In this document: in pieces, positions 1 through 12,706 of the stretch
Layout: each line of letters starts with the position of its first letter
How positions within the stretch are numbered: position 1 is the stretch's first letter
Assembly (NCBI GenBank): GCA_040954595.2
Contig: CM082591.2
Coordinates: forward strand, 9,565,309-9,629,308
Length of the DNA stretch: 64,000 bases
Source: Balanoglossus misakiensis
Taxonomy: Eukaryota > Animalia > Hemichordata
Direction: 5' to 3'
Made by a program: the position numbers and the translations under genes
The notes under the pieces: model-generated
Databases searched by the model: none
What the model was told of the DNA's origin: nothing
Seen by the model: the letters and a program-made list of their open reading frames with translations, nothing else

Positions 1-163
1 ATAACACACATTCCACCCAAATTTCAGCTAAATATGCAATGTCGTTTTAAAGAAGAAGATTGAAATACCAAAAGTTGACGGACGACGGACGCCGGACGCC
101 GGACGGACACTTATCAACCTACTGCTACAGCTCGGCTGACACAAGTGACAGCCGAGCTAAAAA
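1..163 (-). mobile_element. 5' end of a non-autonomous Helentron-like (HINE/DINE-type) element
   Basis: On the minus strand, tttttagctcggctgtcac...cagccgagctg hairpin followed by a CCGT microsatellite. Confidence 0.5.
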
Positions 164-540
164 TACCAAACAAGGAATAATGAATTCAATCCACAGGTTT
201 GGTGTAATCCTGGCTGCCTTTTATTTCGTGCTAGGGGATCAAATCACATAATAATTGCCTTCTGGATAAAAAGTCGTAAGCGACAGAAGAAGTGACTGTT
301 AACTGTATATGAATTCCTTAGGTGAAACATTTCTGTCGTTATACATGTAGTTATCAAATTAAACTCATTAAACTTTTTTCACATTTTGTTATTTTTTTTG
401 TTAAAAAGTTCCATAATGACCCAGTATCAGATTAGCTTATATTATAAACTTCCAGAAAGAATGGCAAAAGAAGATAGATCTGTGATCCTTACAATTCTAA
501 CTGGGTTGAACTTCTTTGGGAAGGATTTTAAGTGATTTAA

Positions 541-889
541 AGGGACAAAGTTTCTCTCTCTCGCTGCCCTTTTCCCATTAACTATGTTTGATACAAGACA
601 CTGTTTATGTTATTCTACATGTGGATATATAGTGAATCAACATTCAACCACGCACAACTTCCATCCCGTTTGTAGGATATGAGAGTAAAAATATTGCCAA
701 AATGAATAAACGGTAGAGACCAATTATTCATTTTGGCGAGTTTTTTCACTCTTGTGTCTACAAGTGGGATGGAAGTTGTGTGTGGTCAAACGTTGATTCA
801 ATATATATCCACATGTAGAATAACATAAACGCTGTATTGTATCATCATAATTCCTCGAAAAAGGGTAGCGAGAGAGAGTCTTTGTCCCT
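541..889. mobile_element. Foldback MITE family A (Kolobok-like), copy 1
   Basis: TTAA|AGGGACAAAG...CTTTGTCCCT|TTAA; nearly the whole element is an inverted repeat. Confidence 0.85.
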
Positions 890-974
890 TTAAAACATTG
901 TTCTCTTGTATCATGAATCCTTGATTGCCTCTTCATTCAAGCAACATCTTGATCAATTTGAATGCGTTACCTAC

Positions 975-1176
975 CTGCCCAGTAATGTGCATGAAAACCT
1001 CTCATTGTAACTGCATCATCACTCTTAAAGTCAACTCTCATCATACTTTTGGAAGATATGATGACATTGGGTAACTCCATCCCAGAAAATAAAGCAAGTC
1101 TGAGGGCAGGATTCAGTTCAGCGCCATCGTATACAGACACTTGATCAGCCCCATCTTCTGTTGCAAAGGAGATAAA
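975..1176 (-). CDS. uif: uninflatable-like gene, exon 10 (CUB2 C-half); gene continues beyond the left edge
   Basis: FISFATEDGADQVSVYDG...MRVDFKSDDAVTMRGFHAHYWA; 202 nt, phase 0-1, gtaggt donor. Confidence 0.92.
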
Positions 1177-1291
1177 CTGAAAATATATAAAAAATAGCAT
1201 CAAAGACACTGTGCTGCCATTTGATATGTACATTTAAATGTGACATACCGTACAATCATAGTGATCACAATTTCCTACACAAAACCATTAA

Positions 1292-1564
1292 GGGGCAAAT
1301 TCTCTCTCTCTCGCTGCCCCTTTTCCATTAATTATCGTTTGATTATCGTTTATGTTATTCTACATGTGGATATATAGTGAATCAACATTCCATCCCGCTT
1401 CATTTTGGGCGAGATTTTTACTCTCATATCGTAAAATGGGATGGAAGGTGTGTGTGGTCGAATGTTGATTCACTATATATCATCATGTAGAATAACATAA
1501 ACGGTGTCTTGTATCAAACATAATTAATGGGAAAAGGGCAGCGAGAGAGAGAGACTTTGTCCCT
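1292..1564. mobile_element. Foldback MITE family A, copy 2 (internally deleted)
   Basis: Same arms as 541-889; flanked by TTAA/ATAA. Confidence 0.8.
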
Positions 1565-1983
1565 ATAAGGACACCTTTAGCATTGATGAGGTAATATAAG
1601 AATAAATCTGATGAAGAATATTTTCACATCCCAATAAACCAAAATCCGAAACAACTGGAAGAGCAGCTTCTGACATAAGTGGACTTTTGGACCAAAAATG
1701 TCTAAAACTACCCACCCCCCTCCTCCCCAGTATTGATATTTGACACATGTTTATGTACACCATAATAAAAATACTTTAAGAAAATCGGAAAAGTGGCTAC
1801 TGAGAATTGACCAGAAATGACAAAAATAAAATGTATTTTTAAAAATATAATTACTAATTTTTGTCATGCTGTAAAACAACTCGCACGATTAATTGCATCT
1901 GAATCCACTAATAACATGAAATGAGTTGTGAAAAAGAGTACAAATATGAGTTCATCTACATGTACATGTAGTCTTCTATTTAC

Positions 1984-2135
1984 CTGTAAAGTGACAACAA
2001 ATTCTGTTGTGAATGATGCCAGCTGCCAGTTACAATCTTCATTGTTGAGATAATTCTTGCCTTCAAAATATTCTGTACTGCTGAGATTCTGTTTATATGA
2101 CTGTGCTATGAAATTCCCACCACACAAAGAATACA
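1984..2135 (-). CDS. uif: uninflatable-like gene, exon 9 (CUB2 N-half)
   Basis: YSLCGGNFIAQSYKQNLSSTEYFEGKNYLNNEDCNWQLASFTTEFVVTLQ; phase 1-0. Confidence 0.92.
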
Positions 2136-2428
2136 CTGAAAGAAAGAAGAAGTCATCTTAACAGAAACACTTCACAAACAGGACATCAGCAAGATCACAG
2201 TCGAGGTAGGGCTAATATTGCCTACATGTGCAATCTATAATGTTATACCAGGTTCACGTAGGGTAAAATTCGAAAAGTTTCAGAGACACTATTTGCCTAA
2301 GGTAAACACAGAGCATTAATGCTTTTAGTTGCCTTGTGTCCACACATGCAAAGTTTATGTGTAGTAAGCGAAAATTTATCGTTTGCGAAAATTTCCAGTT
2401 TTACATTATGTATAAAACTTGGTATTAC

Positions 2429-2630
2429 CTGCTTGCCAAGATGCTTCAAAGCCAGTAGCAGTATGCGAACTATCTGAGAGAAATTTCACCAACATTGCAT
2501 TACCACTGCTAATAACTTCATCAGGCTGGTCCGGTCCACTGTATGTAGCAAGAACTTTGGATGGGTCAAACACAGACCCATCGACAATGACAACAGTATC
2601 ATGATAAAGTTCAGTGTCAACATGTAGAAA
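2429..2630 (-). CDS. uif: uninflatable-like gene, exon 8 (CUB1 C-half)
   Basis: FLHVDTELYHDTVVIVDG...ISSGNAMLVKFLSDSSHTATGFEASWQA; 202 nt, phase 0-1. Confidence 0.92.
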
Positions 2631-3250
2631 CTGAAAAGAATAAAAAAAATGTCACAACACACATTATAAATAGTGAGCTGTCTCAAGCCAATATACATGA
2701 AAATAAACACAGTTTCAAGACTTAAGCCCCATTAGCTGTAACTTTTTGGATTTTCAGTATTTCTATTTTGTGTATCAATTATAGTTTCTTGTTCAGCTAC
2801 GCAGCGCAGAGTTAAATCCATAGTCTTAACTTCTCAACGAAACCTATGAGGGCACAATCGGCATTGTTGTTGTTTGGAAACATTCGTAAATAATAACAAC
2901 AGTCAGTACACATACACATGACTCGTTGACAAGCAGAGAGCTGGGTGTGATGGGTTACTCATGAGGAGAGGAACAAGAAAAAGTGTTTCATACACAAAAC
3001 AAAATTACTGATAAACTAGCCTGAAGTTATAGATAATGGCCCTTTAATTCAAAAGTTTACCAAAAATCATGTTTGTTATAAGGAAGAAAAAAATCAAATT
3101 ATTTTTTTTTAGTTGAAATGAATTTAAATCTAATACAGGTGTCTGTTTTTTTTAAAAGTGTTTGTATGTCGAATGGATGGGAAAAGGTGTTTTGTATAGG
3201 CAGGTTTCCAGATTAGACAGAGTTAGTGGTTTATGCAAGTTTTACTGTAC

Positions 3251-3384
3251 CTCAATTTTTATTCTGGATGTTGCAGGTCCCTGGATTGTCCAAATACATT
3301 CTTGCAGAATGTAATAATTATCATCTGGGTATCCAGTGCTGTGAAAGGTCCCCGATTCACCAGTTTCCAAACCACCACATGTTC
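3251..3384 (-). CDS. uif: uninflatable-like gene, exon 7 (CUB1 N-half)
   Basis: TCGGLETGESGTFHSTGYPDDNYYILQECIWTIQGPATSRIKIE; AG/GT sites, phase 1-0. Confidence 0.92.
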
Positions 3385-3697
3385 CTGAATATCATTAAAA
3401 TAAAAAGAAAGAGTATGTTTGTGTGATGAATGGTCATAAAGATTCAGCTCATCAAGTTGACGAAATTTCATTGATGATAAAATTAGTTCACCAACAGTGA
3501 GTATCCAATGTACATGTATAAAACAAAGTTTGTATTAGTATAAATCAAATGTAAAAATTTTGAAAAGACATTTATCACACCCGAAAATTCCAAGAACAGC
3601 ATATTATGATTCTCTAAGCTCAAACTATCAGTGTGACAGATGCCAGATTCTTAAAATACTTGGCCCAGTTTTGTTTCTGATTTATGTTTATGACATA

Positions 3698-3867
3698 TTG
3701 TAAAACAGGAAATGTTTCATGATATCAAAAGTGGCAACTTTTATGCATATTTCACGGCATTGCTATCTTCGAAAAACATTTTTACACAACTTGTTTATTT
3801 TCTCGTTTTTTTTGGCTCTCGCATAGTTCGCAAAAATGTATCGCTCGCGAAAATTTCCTGTTTACAG
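3698..3867. mobile_element. TA-flanked MITE (CTGTA...TACAG type)
   Basis: ta|ttgtaaaacaggaaat...atttcctgtttacag|ta with internal CGCGAAAA motifs; related to 48606-48803. Confidence 0.55.
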
Positions 3868-4148
3868 TACCAAATTCTTTGAGGATCAGATTTTCTGCTG
3901 ACAGTTCAAAAGTAGTCTGTAGTTGCAAAGGAGATGATCATACAAATAAATTACGGTCTAGTAGTTTGAGGTTGGCACATATCAGTTGTCACGCATATTT
4001 ACAAGATTCTTTTGTATAATGACTTAAGGCCAAAAGTACACTATACCACACATTTGGGAAACTTGGTCTCTTGGGCCCACTGTATGTATAATGATATTGA
4101 GGTGAGTGTAGAGATGATATTGTTTCAGGACACTTGCCAAAAACATAC

Positions 4149-4253
4149 CTGCACATCCAATCTCATCAGAGAAATCACCATCACCACAGTCAACTGTACC
4201 ATCACAAACCCAGTCAGGATTTATACAATTACCATTAGAGCATCGAAAGTCAC
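4149..4253 (-). CDS. uif: uninflatable-like gene, exon 6 (LDL-receptor class A repeat)
   Basis: [34 protein letters not shown] is a canonical LDLa pattern; ttcag/gtatg sites. Confidence 0.93.
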
Positions 4254-4675
4254 CTGAACAAATATTATTTAAAAAATAAAGATTACATTTACATTGATGG
4301 ATATTTTTTAATTTTTGTCATAATACTGATATCATAATATGTACATAGGAAAGGACATGAAAGTTGTTGTATTCAAAACTATAAGCTTTTAAGTTTATGA
4401 ACAATATCATATGATCAATATTGTATCTCTGCCAAAAGTAAAACTGCTTGAACAAAAACGCATGAAAAATCGTGTCACATAAATAGTCTAAAAGAAATTG
4501 TTAAGTAAACATAACCATACAATTAATGTGTGGAATTATCTAGCGACAACTGGCCTCAATTTTGAATTTCAAATATAACACCATTCTGCACCCCAGGAGA
4601 CATCACATGATCTGATCCCCCTTGTTTAACTTTTAGTGGTGAACTCTTCCAAGTATATCTTGTATTGCTTAGGGG

Positions 4676-4961
4676 ACTCTCTCTCTCTCCCTCCCTCCCC
4701 CCTCCCTCTCTAGCTCTCTCCCTCCCCCTCTCCCTCACTCCCACCCCTCTCCCTCCCTACCACCCCTCTCTAGCTCTCTCTCCCTCGGTACCCCTCTCTA
4801 CCCCTCCCTCTCCCTCTAGTTCTCTCTCCCCCCTTCTCCCTCACTTCCACCCTCCCTCCCTCCCTCCCTGTCCCTCTCCAGCTCTCTCTCCCTCCCCTCT
4901 CCCCCCTCTCACTCTCCCCTCCCAGCCTCTCCCTCCCGCTCTTTTGCACACACTCTCTCTT
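4676..4961. repeat. Polypyrimidine (CT/CCCT) low-complexity tract
   Basis: About 285 bp dominated by C and T on the + strand. Confidence 0.9.
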
Positions 4962-5055
4962 AGTATATATATTGGGAGGTGACTACAGCAGTGCGAGAAA
5001 AGTAAAGACCTGATGCGAGTAAGGGAAGATTCTAGCTGATTTGAATCAGACTTAC

Positions 5056-5271
5056 CCTCAGCACAAGCTGCTACTTCACACATTGACGGACTGACATCAT
5101 CACATCTTGCATGATACAATGGGTAATTATTTTCAAAGAGGTTTAACCTCACACATTGCCCAGTGGAGGCATCAGGTTCTGTGTCTGCCCATCGACCATC
5201 AAAGACACTACCTTTCCTGCCATCTGAATAATCATATTCCATACTGCCATCTGGATTGGGTCCACTAAATC
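5056..5271 (-). CDS. uif: uninflatable-like gene, exon 5 (C-type lectin C-part)
   Basis: atag/gtaagt sites; FSGPNPDGSMEYDYSDG...WADTEPDASTGQCV...ARCDDVSPSMCEVAACAEG; 216 nt, phase 1-1. Confidence 0.92.
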
Positions 5272-5307
5272 CTATAAAATGGAAATAAAGAAAGAAGATG
5301 CATACAG

Positions 5308-5503
5308 CAGTGTTTCATCCAGGATGGGGGGGGGGGGGATATGTCCCCCTTTGCAAGAATAGTTGCACTCTTGCAAGGAGGGGAATGAGTGACATCGCTG
5401 AGTCTGTAAGGGGCACCATTTCCCCCTTGACAAATTTCTAGGGGGGTGCCAACATGCTGACAGTGGGCGAATTCCCTCATCCCTCCATCTGGATGAAAAA
5501 CTG
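5308..5503. mobile_element. hAT-like MITE
   Basis: TIRs CAGTGTTTCATCCAG / CTGGATGAAAAACTG with the direct repeat CATACAG on both sides. Confidence 0.7.
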
Positions 5504-5716
5504 CATACAGAGTCACTTAATAGCAAGATTTTGTGAGGTGATTGAGATGTAAAAAATAGGCTTTTCAATTACCATCTTGAGACAATTATCATTCAAGTGT
5601 TACTATGCAGTGCTCACTTGTAAACTGTCAAATTCCAAAACCAGTTATTTTTTACACTTGATACACCCACAAATTATTTGGGAACACTGAGAAACACTGT
5701 TAAAAGACACACTCAC

Positions 5717-5835
5717 CAATCCAACCATGGTTCGCTGTTTCATTGGAAGTCTCTTCAATCTGGTTTACAATCTCTGCTCCAGCATAAAGATTTTCAGAAT
5801 AACCCTCAATTACTGTCAAGTGCCCACCATAAAAT
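5717..5835 (-). CDS. uif: uninflatable-like gene, exon 4 (C-type lectin)
   Basis: ttcag/gtgagt sites; FYGGHLTVIEGYSENLYAGAEIVNQIEETSNETANHGWIG contains the CTLD WIG motif. Confidence 0.9.
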
Positions 5836-6560
5836 CTGAAAATAAACCAATTTATAACACATCAAACATGTTCCAAACTATTTTCGAAATTCCAGTCCGA
5901 GAATAATACATTTCCTCTTTGAAAACATTTAATATTGGTGAATAAGAGGTTCATAAATGTATAACATAAGATTTTTGTTTGTAAAGTCTATAATTTGTGT
6001 TACACCTTTCCAATAAGTGTGTGATTTCGGCAGAATTTCTGGGAAAAAAGAATCTGTGAAAAATTCACCTGAATTTTGGGGAGAAAAATATCTGCTGAAC
6101 GTTTCCTTTGAATAAAAAAGTTCAGCATAATTTTTTTTAGAGAAAACATGACAATTTCCAGGAAATGGCTGTTGTTGTTTTTTTTTTGGTGTGAATAAAC
6201 GTAAAAGACAAATTCTGATACAGTTGCATCAAGGTGATGGAAGAAAATCCCTGATTAACAGGATATTTGGAAAATTTATCCAGAATTCCAAAATTAGTTC
6301 GAAATGTGACATTGTGTTATCAATGATCTGTGTTGAGCAGTCGAACGATGAACGGGTAGTTGACAATTCCCACGAGCACACCCGTATCTTTCCTCGGTAG
6401 TTGCGCCGGGCCGGTCGGCAATGTCACAGAAAAAGTGGTATGATATGCCAGCTGAGCCGTCGCTAGTCTACAATTCCGAGTCTACAAGGCCGTCTCTAAC
6501 TAAAAATTATAATAACTATCGAGGAACGTGACAATTATATCAGCGAATGTGGGGCTGGGG

Positions 6561-6877
6561 GTTGCTGCAGTTTGCAGCCCCTCCATCTCCCCTGGACGAT
6601 TTTTGTTTTTGCGGGGCTGCAGGTCCCAGCTATTCTAAACCGCACAACGAGCGACCGGGATTTGGGCCCGGAGCGAATTTCTACACTCCAGACGTCTCCA
6701 GTCCACAATTTCCACAATTTTTTCGCCAAATCGGTCCCGGAACCCATTCAGCGCTTACCTGGCAAAGGATGTCGCGGTATTTGTCGATTTTGCCTACGTT
6801 TTCCCCAGTTATTCAACTTCAATCGGCAAAACCAAAAATCGTCTAGGGGAGATGGAGGGGCTGCAAACTGCAGCAAG
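6561..6877. mobile_element. GC-rich element with inverted repeats of about 50 bp
   Basis: ttgctgcagtttgcagcccctccatctcccctggacgattttt versus aaaatcgtctaggggagatggaggggctgcaaactgcagcaa; target duplication not resolved. Confidence 0.6.
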
Positions 6878-8340
6878 GGCTGGGGGCTGCAGGCAGAATA
6901 TATGACCAAAGGATACGCGTGAAAAAAAGACAATTACCTACTTTGCTACCGTGGGTCTTTGACTAATTAAAACATGATAACGTGCATCAAAGCCAGCCGA
7001 GGCTTCAGGGGCATAGTATTCCTGAGTTTATACGCGAAGAAACCAAGAAATATTCATGAGTATGTAGACGGAACTTGTCTTTTAGCTCAAATTTGACCTG
7101 GCTTGAGGTCACTGTGACAGCGCAGCCAGCGGTAGAATTGGGGTAGGCATGAAGAACATTTCTACTACAAAAACTGGATAGGGCGGGGAGGATGGGGGGG
7201 GGGGGGGCTTTTCAGTTTAGTCACGGTCCTTGGTTTTGGCCTTCGGCTTCACTAGAAAAGCCAAAAAACCACAATGCCGAAGGCCAACTCGTCGAAGCAC
7301 CTGGTACGTCTATGGCAGAAGTCAGTATTAACATGTTCTGACTCGGTACACGCGATGCAGTTGCCAAGAGATTCCCAGAGGAATACCATGATGATGAACG
7401 GCTCGGGCGTCTTCGTGTGCACGAAGACACGATACTAGGCTTCATTGACCCTGTCTCATTCTTTTCTTTTCATGCGCATAAGGACATGAAAAGTCGACCT
7501 AACCTTTTGTTGTATCACTTACTGTGGTTTTATAGGGATGCTGTGAGTGAAAAAGTGGCACATTCGGGTTGTTGCCTTATACTTAATTTTGCCATTTCTA
7601 TTGGAGCAGGCTACACCGGGCCCAGGGTCGAACTTAAACCAATTTGCAGCCGTGATGGTCGGACGATGTCCGAAAAACTTTAGGCACGTCAAGCTTATGC
7701 CTTCCTGGGTCGCCCGACAAGAATGAATTTCTATTTTAACGATAGGGCCTATTCCAATCGATACCCGCCGTATCAGTCACGCAATAATAAACACGAAATC
7801 CAGATACCCAAAAATGATGTTTCACTAGACACGGGGAGAGTGCTGTTTAGGGACCGTTCAGGTTTTACGGCCGGGGGCCGGCAAAATCCAGGTGGGGGGG
7901 TCACTTACATTTTGAAGTCCAAAAGGGGGGTCATCTGTTTTTTTTAAACGTTTAGGGGGGTGTCACATACTTTTGCCACCGAACATTTGCTTTTGAGTCC
8001 ACAAAATTGCAGTTTCGCGCCCTTTATTTTACAAAATTTTCTAATGTGGGAGAGGGACACCCTCTCCCACGCGCAACCCCTTCATTCTCCGCCACATTTC
8101 ATTTTGGGCTGGTTTGTCTAGTATACCAGAGCAGACTTCTTGCCACCCCAAACCAACCGATGATTATATTTAACAAAGTAAATACATAAAGGAGAAAAAT
8201 AGTTTAAACCATTTCGCATAACTGATAGTTTCGCGCCGCATCTTCTATATACTGGAAGTTTTATAAATGATGTCATCACGAAGATGACGCCAAATCTTCT
8301 AACTTTGAGTGGAGTGGCACAAAGTAAATTGGTCCTCCCA

Positions 8341-8935
8341 AACATTGAGATAATATGCTTTTGAGTTCATTAAAATGCAACTTTGCGCTACATATTTTAC
8401 AAAATTTTCTTATGTGGGAGGGGGACACCCCCTCCCACACCCACCCCCTACATTCTATGCAACATATCATATCATTTATCCGCTGGTTTGTCTAGTGACC
8501 AGGGCAGACTTATTCCCACCCCACCCCTATGCTTACTTTGAGTGGAGTGGCAAAATCAAAATTCGTCCTCCCTAACATTGAGTTAATTTGCTTTTGAGTT
8601 CATTAAAATGCATTTTGAGCACCGTATTTTACAAAATTTTCTTATGTGGGAGGGGGACATCCCCTCCCACATAAAGGGGACACCCCCTCTCACACCCACC
8701 CCTCCATACTTCGCGACATTTCATTTAGTCGCTGGTTTGTCTAGTGTAACAGGGCATACTTCTTGCCACCCAACCCCGATGCTTACTTTGAGTGGAGTGG
8801 CAAAAATTAAAATTTGTCCTCCCTAACATTGAGTTAATTTGCTTTTGAGTTCATTAAAATGCATTTTGAGCACTGTATTTTACAGAATTTTCTTATGTGG
8901 GAGGGGGACATCCCCTCCCACGCCCACCCCCGCCA
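8341..8935. repeat. Internal tandem repeat of about 240 bp (roughly 2.5 copies)
   Basis: aacattgag(t/a)taat..gcttttgagttcattaaaatgca recurs near 8341, 8575 and 8825; related sequence at 45130-45430 (inverted) and 52790-52990. Confidence 0.75.
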
Positions 8936-10597
8936 CTTTTCTTGTTTTACCAATTCTAGCAACTATCGTATTGAATTATCATTTTATTTTGTTCATAGGT
9001 TTCTTTATTGCAACAATACTATTATACACTACAGACTGAATGTCCTGTTCTACCTGGCGCGCCTGCTCCTGAACGCAGCAAGCCAGGTGGCTCGCCTGGC
9101 TCGCCAGGCCCGGTGAGCGTGCTTGCTGAGCGCGCCAGGCTTGCATTCTGAATATTCATGAGCTACCTGGCTTGCATGGCCGACCAGGTCACAGGAAGCG
9201 CGCTTGTTTACCTGGCGCACTAGACTTGCTCCAAGTCTATGGGCTTCATTATGTGTAGGGAACGCGTAGACCCACGCTACCCAAAACCACAAGCTCAGTC
9301 CCAAATTCGAAACTCACCTCACTACCAAAAACACGCTCAAGGCAAGCATGCACGCAAAAAGTATTGAAATTATTTATTAAGACAAAAAACCATCGAAAAC
9401 ACCTTAACTATTTAGATTTAAAAATCACCAAGCGACTAGTGGACTAGTCTACTGGCGCACCGGTTGCTTACCAGCAAGGAAGCAGGTCGGTTTGAGCCCC
9501 AAACACGTTTGATTGATCCATAGGGTCTATGATATGATGGCATTTCTGGTTTTTCTAGTCTAGTTGCGCAACCTCCAATTCAGATAAAGAATGCTAGTGG
9601 TTCAAAACACTATGTACATGCAGTCATTTATGTTCATTTGTAACCTGTGTTTTATGTTACCACAGATGCATACATGTAAAGCATACACGTACAAACTACA
9701 GATCAATTGCAGCAACTTAAAAATGACGAATATCGTAGCACTTCCTGTTTCTTGCTAACAGAGGATTAGCCCTCAGAATCTGTGTGCGTCCACACACTAA
9801 ACGGACATTGTTTTGAGATCAACGCCGTCTAATGGCAATGTTTAGGAACACGGCAACTAACAAAAATTGAGGACGTCGAGGACATGTAATTGCAACATAT
9901 CTCAGTTTCTATACCTGGATATGCGTTCTAGACGACTTTGTCGTCTTCTTCATGACCGTTTTGATATCGTTTAGAAGTACTGGATGTTAATCCACAAATC
10001 GAAAACGCCTCGTCTTTTCGGCGATCGAAAGAACCTAAAGTTGGTGGCAGACAGAAGTGTTGCAGACCCGGCTAACCGCGAGTGGCTAGAAAACCACTCG
10101 CGTCCAGTTAGATTGACTCAACAATGGAAACTGACCCAAGACAATAGGTTACCTAGATAAACATAATCAAAAGTCACCACAGGGTTGTGCTTTGCGTTCT
10201 CACTGTATATTTGCTTCGGTCTGGATCTGAACCACCCGTCATCGCTGTCGAAAATTAACACCGGCGCAGCACAGACGAAAAGCATTCTCAAATATTTTTC
10301 CCGTCGGAGTCGTATCTGGTACTACACCGTTGAAAACGTTAATCAATGTACAACTCTCCTTCTCAACATAAGTTTTATTTCAGACTAGGCATTCAGGGAG
10401 GGGCGTTTAATTCACTACGAACAAAATGTGTCCGTTGTTAGTGTTAGTTTTCTTTATTAAGCATTTAAAACACAATTACACTACATTAGTTGTACAAATG
10501 CAAGGGAACATTTCCTTTCTGAACGAGAGAATGACAATCCGACAAACATGCTGATAAAGCCCCCCCCCAAAAAAAAAAAAAAAAAAAACGAAAAAAA

Positions 10598-11657
10598 TCA
10601 ACGGCGGAGAGCTTTATCGATTGCCTTGATGCACTGTTTTGACCACACGTCGCGCTCGGCGGATCGCGGAAAATCGTGGGATTATATTACCATGGCCTGT
10701 GCGTCGCATTTTAATTGGTCGAGATGAACGACGTCACTGACCACAAATACTCAGTAATGGTTTGTTTACAAGCCCGTAAATCTGAATAGTAATATTAGCA
10801 AACAGTTCAGTGAATACAACATTTTGCGTAACACAAGTTCCGGGGCCCCTAGTGGGACATTTTCGTAAATGTTGACGGTTTTCTTGATATTGTTGGTAAT
10901 ATAATGGAAATAACCGACTCCGCCCTGACCATAAACGTTTGTTTATGGGCGCGGGCTCGAGGAAAGCCAAAATTCATGGGCTCGGAAGCCTCGCCCATGA
11001 ATTTTTGGCTTTCCCCTCGCCCTTGCCCATAAACAAACGTTAATGGTCAGGGCGTCGTCCATTATTTCTAAAATATTTTCGGAAAGTTGCTCATTCAACT
11101 TTCTTAAGCCTTCTGGGACTTAACGTCAATTTCTGTTTGGTACCCCCAAACACACGCCCTGTGCAAGTACGTCCGGCCCGTTCACTCGGCGAATAAACCA
11201 TAAACACAAGGTTCTTGGCAAAGTTGTCTATAGAGCAACTTACGACCTTACACCGGTCTATATATGATTCTGGTATGAGAACATCCCCGGTGATAGGAGG
11301 GAACCATAGTGGAGGCGGAGAAGTCTCAATCATCCCCGCTGTCTGCGGAGACGTGAGAATCGGCTGTACTGCAGGCTGTAGTGTAGTTTGGAACGGTGGT
11401 GTAATATCAGCGGCTGGGCGTGGTGGGAGTGGTGTTGGTGACAAGGTGGGCGCTGATGGAATCGGAGGGGGCATGATCATAGTGCCTGATCGAATGAATT
11501 GAACGATCGTTACACACATTATTGTCGCGGTGAACGGACGCGCGTATACGTGTTGTCGATCACAGACAACAGTGTGGTCGATACTCTGACTGATTTGTCG
11601 TAGTTTCTCTGTTTGGGAAATGGATGAAGTCACATTATTGTGCTTCGTAAGACGCAA
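10598..11657 (-). pseudogene. Proline-rich plus BEN-domain protein, disrupted
   Basis: SIDNFAKNLVFMVYSPSERAGRTCTGR...KLTLSPRRLKKVE*ATFRKY, then an insertion, then ...AERDVWSKQCIKAIDKALRR*. BEN-domain pattern recognised by eye. Confidence 0.7.
10681..11072 (-). mobile_element. Hairpin-plus-tail element (Crypton-like, inferred) inserted in the BEN gene
   Basis: Imperfect palindrome of about 160 bp at 10907-11067; terminal attatattacc is inverted relative to internal ggtaatataat. Confidence 0.55.
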
Positions 11658-12706
11658 ATTACAATACTAGTATGTATCTAATATTTGAGTCATAGATTGT
11701 TCTTGTTTTCATGAGCCTGACACTCAGAACTATGACCCTAGGATCCTAGTGACCGGCGCATCAAATTGTATTTTTAAAACAAACCACAGACAAAAATGTA
11801 CTGACTTCAGAAGTTTTTGTTCATTGAGTTCACACATATTTTATTGTACTGACGAACAAAAAGGTGATAACAACCTGAAGAACGTGGCTGGCCGAGCATA
11901 AACATGTAACACCCGTGGACGCTGGGAGATACAGTACAGAGAAAGCGGGTAGATTTTTACTCTGAAACAAAGATAAGCTTTAATAGATGCAGTGTATCAC
12001 TATTTCCTAAATTTACATCACGACCGCGCAACGTAACTGCGGTCCATCGCATGTAAGTGTGCGGGCATCTACACCAAAAACAGCGACACGGTGCCGTTAC
12101 AATTATTCCAGCTAAATATAAACACAAGATTTTGAATCTGCAATAGATTGGAGATCATGTTGAGGAAAAAAACTTGATCGCACAAATTAGTGAAAAATAC
12201 ATTTATGGGGTAGCCGGTACGATCCTACTGACCAAAGGCTACCTCCCGGGGCCCACCCCATTCACACCTGTGATTTACTAATGTGCAGGCTAGTCGTCAG
12301 TAGGCTTTCTTTTTCCTGTTATGCAGATTATTCTTCATTGTTGATTTCATATGAGTATCAATGGGTATGACTGCTCGCAGTATACTCTCTGGCTTGATTG
12401 TTCCGACTTTTTCGTCCATAATTCTGACTACGTCCGCGACCCTTGTGGAGTGACCGTGATTCAACCAAGCGAAAATAGCTACCCATCACTCTAATTATTG
12501 CAGCTATGCTAGTTATAAACACAATCGCAATTTTGATCGTGACATAGGCCATATATACTTTTAAATTTAAAAGGAAAAAGGAAACTTTTACTTTTGATGC
12601 ATTAATTTACGAGCAGTGATTTAAGTGTGAAAAAATAAAAGTACGTTCGAAGCCCTCGCTGTTTCTTCTGACAGCGGTATAGCCTCAGCGGGTTTTCCCG
12701 CTCTGC

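Noticed and set aside
4556-4982. Pro/Ser/Leu-rich and Gly/Arg/Glu-rich ORFs
   Set aside because: Artefacts of the CT-rich tract.
6535-6933. Overlapping ORFs on both strands sharing LLQFAAPPSPLDDF
   Set aside because: Produced by the element's inverted repeats.
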